From NCBI GenBank assembly GCA_002269645.1, contig NIVC01000430.1, forward strand, positions 124,001 to 188,000: a stretch of 64,000 bases of DNA. Reading direction: 5' to 3'. Positions 1-10,800 of the stretch are shown here, piece after piece (position 1 is the stretch's first letter; each line of letters begins with the position of its first letter). Source of the stretch: Macrostomum lignano. Lineage: Eukaryota. The notes beneath the pieces were generated by a model. That model ran no database searches. It was not told where the DNA came from and saw only the letters and a program-made list of their open reading frames with translations. The translations under genes and the position numbers were made by a program.

Positions 1-520
1 TCCATCAGTAAGGAATGCAATTAATCATTTGTTTCTATCAGTAAGGAATGCAATCAATCATTTGTTTCTATCAGTAAGGAATGCAATTAATCATTTGTGT
101 CTATCAGTAAGGAATGCAATTAATCATTTGTGTCTATCAGTGAGAATGCAATTAATCAATTGTGTCTATCAGTGAGGAATGCAATTAATCATTTGTGTCT
201 ATCAGTAAGGAATGCAATTAATCATTTGTGTCTATCAGTAAGGAATGCAATTAATCATTTGTGTCTATCAGTGAGAATGCAATTCATCATTTGTGTCTAT
301 CAGTAAGGAATGCAATTAATCAATTGTGTCTATCAATGAGAATGGAATTCACCAATTGTGTCTATCAGTGAGAATGCAATTCACCAATTGTGTCTATCAG
401 TGAGAATGCAATTCATCAATTGTGTCTATCAGTGAGAATGCAATTCACCAATTGTGTCTATCAGTGAGAATGCAATTCACCAATTGTGTCTATCAGTGAG
501 AATGCAATTCATCAATTGTG
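1..520. repeat. 33-bp minisatellite (TCTATCAGTAAGGAATGCAATTAATCATTTGTG and variants), truncated by window start
   Basis: Tandem units visible directly; period 33 bp (positions 3 and 36). Confidence 0.95.
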
Positions 521-730
521 CTTATCGGTATTGGAACGAGATTTTTCGAATTGTCTGCTTGATTTTAAAACTAATAAACCAGTTCTAGCCACTTCAATGA
601 GCCATGAAAACTCAGGACTCGCGGCAATGCAGTGCATGCCGAAATTAATGAATTTTATAAATGGAACTTAAATTTGATAAAACATCGCGTTTAAGCCGAT
701 CGTTTGTCGCTCCAAATAGCTGTAAGGCTG

Positions 731-2128
731 CTACTGGCCTTTCATGCCGCCGCCACCGCAGCTGTTCGGACTGAACTGCAGAACTCGGATGGACTCAACC
801 AGCTCGCTATTGTCCATCTTCATCAAGTAGGCCACCGCTCCATAGTTCTTATTGTTAAAGTAACCTGGCGCCGAGAACACCGTGATGCACTGCATATTGT
901 GCTGCACAGAGAGCCCCATCTTCATCACCTGGTGGGCGCGGATCACCGCTTTCAATGAATTCCTACGAACAAACTGATCGGTGGCGTCTGAATTGAACTT
1001 GTAGCCGATGCCGCGGCTGCTCGCTGAGAACACTGGCTTACCTCGGCTAGTCTTCTTCTGCTGCTGGCCTTGAGCCGACTTCTGCTTCGGTTGGTCCTTG
1101 GTTGGTTTTTCAACCATCTCCGGCGTGTCCTCCATCGGGTCGCTCCAGAGCAGGTCGGTCTCCAAGTCGCGATGCGACAGCGACGAGAACGGCCGACGGA
1201 TCGCGTTGACAACCCGTTTGAGATTCTCCACGCCAGGCTGCTGGCGTAATAAAACCTCCGAGATGCCGCCGTGGCAGCAGAAGAACTGCGAATCAATCAG
1301 CGCCGCGACGGGCAGGTAGTCGAACACCCGGTTGAAGATTGTGTACACGTTCAAATGGTTGAACCGATTCAAGCACTCGTTCTTGAAGCCGTAGCGCTTA
1401 TTCACTTTGGCTACCTCGTGGTTGCCGCGGAGAATGTACACCCTGTCGGGATAGCGGATCTTCATCAGCAGCAGCGTGACAATGACCTCCAGGCTGCACT
1501 GGCCTCGGTCAACGTAGTCGCCAAGGAACAGCACGCTATCAGTTGGCGGGTAGCCGAGGGCGTCCAGAATGCGCAGCAGATCCCGGAACTGGCCGTGCAA
1601 ATCGCCCACAATGAAAGTTGGCCTGCCAATCTCCAATAGAGCCGGCTCCCGGCGGAAATGGTCTCTAGACAGCTTGGCAACTGTGTAGCATAACTGTTCG
1701 GTGACAAATGAAGACTTCAGGTTGCCTTGTTGGTCGAATTCGCTGTGCAAAATCTGGTGCTCAACGTCGGTGAGGTCAATATCGATCATTGACATGGGCT
1801 GGCTGCAGTCGTCGAATAGAGACACCCGGTCGATCTCTTCCTGAGACGGCATGCTCAAGATGCTGTTGCGGTAGCTGACTCGCTCTGTCGGCGTCTTCCC
1901 GTCGGCTTCAAATACGCGGGGATCGAGTGCGTTGCCGATGTTGCCCGCCTTGCCCATTTTTGTCTGCTGGGCTTGCGGCATTACTGTTGGTCTATTAGTG
2001 CAGTGTTCGATATAGCCCAAACTATGAAGGCGACTTTTCTGTGGAGTGTGTACTTTAGCCAGAAACCGGGACATAGACAGTGTAGCATCAACTGACTGAC
2101 CATACCGGTGTATATATAGTTCTCGCAT
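731..2128 (-). CDS. Intronless PPP-family Ser/Thr protein phosphatase, divergent PP1-like catalytic subunit (465 aa)
   Basis: Single ORF with the PPP motifs GDLHGQ, GDYVDRG, RGNHE, HGG, WSDP, RAHQ and SAPxY; PP1-like segments (LGYPP...LFLG, LPVAALID..FFCCHGGIS). Confidence 0.93.
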   Translation of the reverse strand: MRELYIHRYGQSVDATLSMSRFLAKVHTPQKSRLHSLGYIEHCTNRPTVMPQAQQTKMGKAGNIGNALDPRVFEADGKTPTERVSYRNSILSMPSQEEIDRVSLFDDCSQPMSMIDIDLTDVEHQILHSEFDQQGNLKSSFVTEQLCYTVAKLSRDHFRREPALLEIGRPTFIVGDLHGQFRDLLRILDALGYPPTDSVLFLGDYVDRGQCSLEVIVTLLLMKIRYPDRVYILRGNHEVAKVNKRYGFKNECLNRFNHLNVYTIFNRVFDYLPVAALIDSQFFCCHGGISEVLLRQQPGVENLKRVVNAIRRPFSSLSHRDLETDLLWSDPMEDTPEMVEKPTKDQPKQKSAQGQQQKKTSRGKPVFSASSRGIGYKFNSDATDQFVRRNSLKAVIRAHQVMKMGLSVQHNMQCITVFSAPGYFNNKNYGAVAYLMKMDNSELVESIRVLQFSPNSCGGGGMKGQ

Positions 2129-2234
2129 CTGGCATCATATATAGTTTTGGAGCATTTGTGTTATTCAAGAAACCTTTAAATCTTCATTCAATTCAATTGA
2201 AGATTCAAAATCTTCAAGCCAGTGTCTCGCAAAC

Positions 2235-3055
2235 TTCAGTAAAACATCCTGGAAATTTCGGATTCTTCAGTAAAACATCCTAAAAATTTCGGATTCTTCA
2301 GTAAAACATTCGAGAAATTTCGGATTCTTCAGTAAAACATCCTGGAAATTTCGGATTCTTCAGTAAAACATCCTAAAAATTTCGGATTCTTCAGTAAAAC
2401 ATCCTAAAAATTTCGGATTCTTCAGTAAAACATCCTGGAAATTTCAGGTCTATCAGTAAAACATCCTAGAAATTTCGGGTATATCAGTTCATCCTAAAAA
2501 TTTCGGATTCTTCAGTAAAACGTCCTAGAAATTTCGGATTCTTCAGAAAAACATCCTGGAAATTTCAGGTCTATCAGTAAAACATCCTGGAAATGTCGGG
2601 TCTATCAGTAAAACATCCTAAAAATTTCGGATTCTTCAGTAAAACGTCCTAGAAATTTCGGATTCTTCAGAAAAACATCCTGGAAATTTCAGGTCTATCA
2701 GTAAAACATCCTAGAAATTTCGGGTATATCAATAAAACATCTTAAAAATTTCGGATTCTTCAGTAAAACGTCCTAGAAATTTCGGATTCTTCAGAAAAAC
2801 ATCCTAGAAATTTCGGGTATATCAGTAAAACATCCTAAAAATTTCGGATTCTTCAGTAAAACGTCCTAGAAATTTCGGATTCTTCAGAAAAACATCCTGG
2901 AAATTTCAGGTCTATCAGTAAAACATCCTAAAAATTTCGGATTCTTCAGTAAAACATTTCGGATTTTTCAGTAAAACATCCTGGAAATGTCGGGTCTATC
3001 AGTAAAACATCCTAAAAATTTCGGATTCTTCAGTAAAACATCCCGAAAACTTTGG
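2235..3055. repeat. 31-bp minisatellite (CAGTAAAACATCCTGGAAATTTCGGATTCTT and variants)
   Basis: Tandem units, period 31 (2237 and 2268). Confidence 0.95.
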
Positions 3056-3500
3056 ATCTTGGGAATTATAAAGTATAAAACGTTAAAATTATGGATTCTT
3101 AAGATGTACAACACAGGGGGGCTACATATGTAAGAGGTACAGTATACATGTACATGTACGTACCGTCCTCGTCTTATTTTTCTTGCAACTTAAAAGAAAT
3201 ATCTTGAAGTGGCGAGCTCTGACTGCACAAAACATCGATTTATATACGTATACTGCAATAGCAAACTTGCAACAACAGTAATATCAATAATCATAAGATG
3301 AATGATAAAAAAGTATCAAAATTGTTGTGGGGTTCAAGACTGGCATTTGAATGACGTCGGATATTTTACCCAGATGTTATTTAATAGCACAAGCAGCAGA
3401 CCTGAGAAAGCAACTCAATACTCGTACGAGCTGTTAATTATTTTACCTTTGATGTTTAGTTGTCGTTTGACATGGTTGGATGCAAATAATCAAGTTGGAT

Positions 3501-5990
3501 AGATGCCGATACTCAATGTAGTTAGATGCCGATACTCAATGTAGTTAGATGCCGATACTCAATGTAGTTAGATGCGGATACTCAATGTAGTTAGATGCCG
3601 ATACTCAATGTAGTTAGATGCCGATACTCAATGTAGTTAGATGCCGATACTCAAGGTAGTTAGATGCCGATACTCAATGTAGTTAGATGCCGATACTCAA
3701 GGTAGTTAGATGCCGATACTCAAGGTAGTTAGATGCCGATACTCAATGTAGTTAGATGCCGATACTCAAGGTAGTTAGATGCCGATACTCAATGTAGTTA
3801 GATGCCGATACTCAAGGTAGTTAGATACGGATACTCAATGTAGTTAGATGCGGATACTCAAGGTAGTTAGATGCCGATACTCAAGGTAGTTAGATGCCGA
3901 TACTCAATGTAGTTAGATGCCGATACTCAATGTAGTTAGATGCCGATACTCAATGTAGTTAGATGCCGATACTCAAGGTAGTTAGATGCCGATACTCAAT
4001 GTAGTTAGATGCCGATACTCAAGGTAGTTAGATGCCGATACTCAAGGTAGTTAGATGCGGATACTCAAGGTAGTTAGATGCCGATACTCAATGTAGTTAG
4101 ATGCCGATACTCAAGGTAGTTAGATGCCGATACTCAAGGTAGTTAGATGCCGATACTCAATGTAGTTAGATGCCGATACTCAATGTAGTTAGATGCCGAA
4201 ACTCAAGGTAGTTAGATGCCGATAATCAAGGTAGTTAGATGCCGATACTCAATGTAGTTAGATGCCGATACTCAATGTAGTTAGATGCCGATACTCAAGG
4301 TAGTTAGATGCCGATACTCAAGGTAGTTAGATGCCGATACTCAATGTAGTTAGATGCCGATACTCAAGGTAGTTAGATGCCGATACTCAAGGTAGTTAGA
4401 TGCCGATACTCAAGGTAGTTAGATGCCGATACTCAATGTAGTTAGATGCCGATACTCAATGTAGTTAGATGCCGATACTCAATGTAGTTAGATGCCGATA
4501 CTCAAGGTAGTTAGATGCCGATACTCAATGTAGTTAGATGCCGATACTCAATGTAGTTAGATGCCGATACTCAAGGTAGTTAGATGCCGATACTCAATGT
4601 AGTTAGATGCCGATACTCAAGGTAGTTAGATGCCGATACTCAAGGTAGTTAGATGCCGATACTCAATGTAGTTAGATGCCGATACTCAATGTAGTTAGAT
4701 GCGGATACTCAATGTAGTTAGATGCCGATACTCAATGTAGTTAGATGCCGATACTCAATGTAGTTAGATGCCGATACTCAAGGTAGTTAGATGCCGATAC
4801 TCAATGTAGTTAGATGCCGATACTCAATGTAGTTAGATGCCGATACTCAAGGTAGTTAGATGCCGATACTCAATGTAGTTAGATGCCGATACTCAAGGTA
4901 GTTAGATGCCGATACTCAATGTAGTTAGATGCCGATACTCAAGGTAGTTAGATGCCGATACTCAAGGTAGTTAGATGCCGATACTCAATGTAGTTAGATG
5001 CCGATACTCAATGTAGTTAGATGCCGATACTCAATGTAGTTAGATGCCGATACTCAAGGTAGTTAGATGCCGATACTCAATGTAGTTAGATGCCGATACT
5101 CAATGTAGTTAGATGCCGATACTCAAGGTAGTTAGATGCCGATACTCAATGTAGTTAGATGCCGATACTCAAGGTAGTTAGATGCCGATACTCAAGGTAG
5201 TTAGATGCCGATACTCAATGTAGTTAGATGCCGATACTCAATGTAGTTAGATGCGGATACTCAATGTAGTTAGATGCCGATACTCAATGTAGTTAGATGC
5301 CGATACTCAATGTAGTTAGATGCCGATACTCAAGGTAGTTAGATGCCGATACTCAATGTAGTTAGATGCCAATACTCAATGTAGTTAGATGCCGATACTC
5401 AAGGTAGTTAGATGCCGATACTCAATGTAGTTAGATGCCGATACTCAATGTAGTTAGATGCCGATACTCAATGTAGTTAGATGCGGATACTCAATGTAGT
5501 TAGATGCCGATACTCAATGTAGTTAGATGCCGATACTCAAGGTAGTTAGATGCCGATACTCAATGTAGTTAGATGCCGATACTCAATGTAGTTAGATGCC
5601 GATACTCAAGGTAGTTAGATGCCGATACTCAAGGTAGTTAGATGCCGATACTCAATGTAGTTAGATGCCGATACTCAATGTAGTTAGATGCCGATACTCA
5701 ATGTAGTTAGATGCCGATACTCAAGGTAGTTAGATGCCGATACTCAATGTAGTTAGATGCCGATACTCAAGGTAGTTAGATGCCGATACTCAAGGTAGTT
5801 AGATGCCGATACTCAAGGTAGTTAGATGCCGATACTCAAGGTAGTTAGATGCCGATACTCAAGGTAGTTAGATGCCGATACTCAAGGTAGTTAGATGCCG
5901 ATACTCAAGGTAGTTAGATGCCGATACTCAAGGTAGTTAGATGCCGATACTCAAGGTATTTAGAATACTATACTCAATGTAGTTAACTGT
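3501..5990. repeat. 23-bp minisatellite AGATGCCGATACTCAA(T/G)GTAGTT, about 107 near-identical copies
   Basis: Directly visible; variation is mostly one T/G position plus rare GCC>GCG. Confidence 0.98.
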
Positions 5991-6919
5991 TCAAAATTCG
6001 AAGCAGAGTATGGACTATTTTAGACATGACTTTATGGAAAAATAAAAGAAGTTAAAGGCACAATTGCAATAATGTAAATAATTACGTTTTTCACTAGGCA
6101 CAAAACACAAATAAAACACAAACTAAAAATTTAGGGTCAGTGAGAGTTACTGAAGCGATTTATTTGATAATAGTTACTAGATTTAGGCTCTGCTTAGCTA
6201 TCAGTATGAAAATCCCCACCCATATTGTAAAAAACTCAACCAAAGCAGTAAAAAACTCGCCTAAAAATGTGACTAAACTTAGCAGAGAAAAACAGAAAAA
6301 AAACTGCAGGAGCAATTAAAGAAGCAGACATAGAAGCAAGCGATAGAGTAACTAATGCGCACAAAAAAGTACCTCGTAGATATTCAATTATTGCTTTACT
6401 ACCTATGTTGGGATGCACAGTAATGTAAAATATTGACTAGGCTAAAAATCGGTACATAGAATAAATAACACAATAAATAATTGAAATATAGAACGACATA
6501 AAAAAATTAAGCGGAGACTAAACAATATTACCAAATAACTGGCTAAGGTGCTCTACTGTCAATATTTTACGAGCAAAATACACAGTTACTAGAATAACTA
6601 GATTTGCCACTCGAAATACACTCTTATATCTACTGTTTTAGTAGCAAAATTAGCCCTTTTCATCTTTATAATATAAATGAAAAATACTTTTTTGATTTTG
6701 GCGGTTTGCAAGCACTTTAAATAGCATCTTTATCCTGTTTAAACGACTCCAGACAGTCCCTGACTCAAAACTATTTGAAAAAAATGATGCTAACATTAAG
6801 GATTGCAGGAAAATTTAAAAATCATGTGCGTGTGTGTAGCGAGCAAGAGAGAATGCCCTAACCCTCAGCCAGGCCGATAAACAGTTTGGCTTTCCTCTTG
6901 CCCGTTTGTGTCTGACTTA

Positions 6920-7080
6920 GGTCCTACCCCCAGGCTGACTTTTGTCCGTCTGACTTTGCCCTCTCTCCTTACTGATCTCTCATTGGCTGAGCTAGATTGG
7001 ACCTACCCCCCTGGCTGACTTTCGTACGTCTGACTTTTCCCTCTCTCCTTACTGATCTCTCATTGGCTGAGCCAGATTGG
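6920..7080. repeat. About 80-bp tandem duplication containing ATTGG (reverse CCAAT) motifs
   Basis: CTGACTTT...CCCTCTCTCCTTACTGATCTCTCATTGGCTGAGC.AGATTGG occurs twice back to back. Confidence 0.8.
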
Positions 7081-7828
7081 CCTGCCCTTCCCTTCCCCGA
7101 GGAAGGAAAAGAAGTTTTAGCTGCCACATTAAATTTATGACACTGCGCAGACAAACTACTGAAATAAGAGTAGACGCTCTACTATTTCAGGTTTAGTTGC
7201 GAGTGACATATCTAGTTATTTTAATGTCTGTGACAAAAATACAAAAAAGGTTAGCTTATCACGTAACTTCACTCGCGCTAACAGAGACAAGGGTGTATTA
7301 AGCTGAAGGTTAATATAACTTCCAAATAATGAGTCACTCAAAAAACGACACAACAAACAGCGTGAACGCATGATCTTCTTTATAACAATTTGTAAAAGCA
7401 ATTTAGCGAAAAAACTTAAAATAAAAAAACTATTTTTGTTTAAATGAGTCATTGACTGAGGAGATTCGCGGTTATTCCGTATAAAATATAAATAAGACGC
7501 TACAATATAACATTCTTCATAAAAATACATGCCCCATACGATGTTCAGAGCCAATGCCAATCTATTCTAACAACAAACAGAAAACAGCATAGCAAAATTA
7601 CGAAATAAACTATAGCCACACTGAAATGAACAAGATATATAGAAAATACTAAAATAGAAAAATTAACAGTGGATAGTAAAAAAATTAGGGCTTGAATATC
7701 AATGAGCTAAAACAATTTGCAGACTAACTAGTCAAATTGAAATTGTCCATAAAAACAATCAAAACTTCAAGTCGAATAATTTAATTGTCTCAGTTTGTGG
7801 AACAACAGTACTGCGACAATATATTGAT

Positions 7829-10800
7829 TTATTGATTGCCGCCTTCCTTGGGCTCCGCGTCCGGCTCCTTCTCGTCTGAAAGTGGCATTTTGATAGGGGA
7901 GCATTTTGATTGTGCGATTGACAAATCAGGTTAAGTGAGACACCTCACTGAAGGATTAGTGAGACACCTTCACTGAAGGATTAGTGAGACACCTTCACTG
8001 AAGGATTAGTGAGACGCCTTCACTGAAGGATTAGTGAGACACCTATCTGAATTGAGAATACACTGCACTGACTGACTTAGTTCTAAAATCCCATTGAATG
8101 ACAGTAAAAATCGCATAAAAATCCCCAAAAATTAAAAACGAAACGCAGCTCACCGTCTCCAGCTGGCTGCATATCCGAGGTCCACAGGGTGAGATTATCT
8201 CGCAGCAGTTGCATAATCAGGGTGCTGTCCTTGTACGACTCCTCGGACAGGGTGTCCAGCTCGGCGATGGCCTCATCAAAAGCGGTCTTGGCCAGTTTGC
8301 AGGCCCGATCAGCTGAGTTGAGAATCTCATAGTAGAACACGGAGAAGTTGAGAGCGAGGCCCAGCCTGATGGGGTGAGTTGGCTTCAACTGCGTGTTGGC
8401 AATGTCCGTGGCGGCCTTGTAGGCAGTCAGGCTGTTCTCGGCCGCCTCCTTGCGCTCGGCTCCAGTGGCGAATTCGGCCAGGTAGCGCAGGTAATCGCCC
8501 TTCATCTTGTAGTAGAACACTCGCGACTCGGCCACCGTGGCGCTAGGAATCAGGTGACTGTCTAGAACGACAAGAATATCGTCGCAAATCTTTTTGAGCT
8601 CCTGTTCAACCTGGGTACGGAACGTGCGAACAACATCGAGCTTTTCGCTGCCGGACTTGCTCTCCTCCTTCTGCTCGATGCTGCTCACGATGCGCCAGGA
8701 GGCTCGCCTGGCTCCGATAACATTTTTATAAGCCACGGAGAGCAGGTTGCGCTCTTCGACTGTCAGTTCAACGTCCATGACAGCCACAGCCTTCATTGCG
8801 TCCACCATTTCTGCGTGTCATAATTGGGTTCAGCTTATTTTTAGTAAAAATATCAAAAAATCAATAGGGATCAATTTTGGTATAACTTGATCACTGATTT
8901 TCTAATTAAAATTCAAAATTTAAAGATGGATATACTATACTAAGTCATATTCATCGCTACCATACATGCACAACCTGAGTTTTACCTAACCAGTGCAAAA
9001 ATATTTTCTGTTGTTATTTATATCAACATTCACCAAGGTTGTATATATCAGTTATTCAGAGTTTAGAGACTTTACAATAGCAATCCAGCCTGTTCAGGTT
9101 GCATCTCTTATTAGCTAATTTCTCTTGAATAATCTCTCCTCTTCTCTCTTTGTTATTGTCCTTTCCTGCCTGCTCTTATCTATGTTGCTCTCTTAATCTT
9201 CTTTCTTCCTGTACTTCTCTTTTCTTCTATCTCTCTTCTCATCACATTTTTTCTGACCCTCTCCTTTTTTCACTCTTCTGGTTTGCAGTCATGCACTAGA
9301 TGTTCAATTTGGCTTTTTTGGCTTTTTAAAATATTTTGCTTTTTAGACTTTGTTAAAACTATGACTACGACTATGGGAACTATAGGAATATTGGGATCCC
9401 TAGGGCTATGGAATATAGAGAATTGGAATAAGCTGTAGTTTTGCTTACAGCTATGGCTATAGTACATAGACCCTCTTTATAGTATCCACACTTTTCGGTG
9501 CCTGTGCTTTTCAGTGCCCAGCATTTTGGTGCCCTAGCTTGCTTTTTGGTGACCAAATTATACATTAGAATTGGACACAAAAATATAGAAATTGAGCTCT
9601 AATTTAGCAGTAAGTGCTTTGTCTTTACAGTACTTATTTACTTTAAAAAAACTGAGGATTATGCATTTTGTTAAGCTAACCTGGTGTTTTAATTCAAAAA
9701 ATGGTTTTGATTACTTGATTCAATTTACTTCCATATTGTTAGCCATGTCTCAGCTGCATCAAAATTTTAACTAATGCCCAAATGCGCTTGTAATAAAATC
9801 TTATAGATTATGGTCCAATAGTTCATGATCCTGATTCAAAAAATCAATACTAACTAAAATGCATGTAGACTTGTCACATTTCATAATTTTGATCAAAACT
9901 ACATGCAGCATTGTTGATAGATTTCAACTTTACCTAACAAGTCTTCATAGCACTAGCATGCTTGCTGAGTGCAGCCAACAATTGTATTGTATATTTACAT
10001 GGATACATATAGCAAATGCAGGCATAACTATGGTTTTGTTTGTTATATTATTTCTTGTTTCAAATTTGTTCCAGTGCACAAAGAAATAGCTGGACAACCA
10101 CCGGCTCCTATGACAATCATTCCGGTGTGGTAGGCGATTTGCATCTGCCTGCAGAGTTATGCCAACTGGACCTTACAATGAGGGACCTGGCAGCTGTGAC
10201 AACTGATACGCTGGTCGCTGGCTACTATTCGTTGGTTGGCCAACTACAGGCTGCTTGCCAATGAATGGCAATGTGGATGCCAGCTGGGTGCTCAAATGTG
10301 TCTGCAATGCCAAGAAGATGCTTGCAAAGACTGTTGTGCCCAAGTTTATAAGGAAGGGGTCTTTTTCGCCTACTGGAATGATTGTCATAGGAGCCGGTGG
10401 TCATCCAGCCATTTCTTCATGTGCTAGAACAAATTTGAAACAAGAAATAATATAACAAACAAAACCATAGTTTTGCCCAAATGCATGCAATTAAATTGGC
10501 TGGATTTTTCCAAATTTAAAAAATGGCCAGTTTAACAAAATTAATACTGCTTTTATTAAGAAAATTGAATGTTTTGTAAAGTATTTATTATATTTGTTAT
10601 AGGATTTCCTTTCTATTATCATCACTTTGGTGTAATAAACTGGGGCACTAAAGAGCAATCTGGGCCAGGATGGAATTCTTGCTCGAGGGTAGGAAAATGT
10701 GCGCGCATGGCCCCATGCAGCAAAAAAATGAAATTTCTAGTTTTTCAATTCTACGCCAATGTAAATTAAAAAGTTGTACTTTAAGTGTAAAGTAGCTTGA

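Noticed and set aside
704-1707. Antisense and alternative-frame ORFs over the phosphatase, and 61854-62731 over the lectin
   Set aside because: Shadow ORFs of GC-rich coding sequence.
3501-5990. Regular short repeats as a CRISPR array
   Set aside because: Units are directly adjacent with no unique spacers, there are no cas genes, and the context is eukaryotic. The same holds for all other arrays.
9380-9580. Third Merlin transposase fragment
   Set aside because: No frame gave convincing Merlin motifs.
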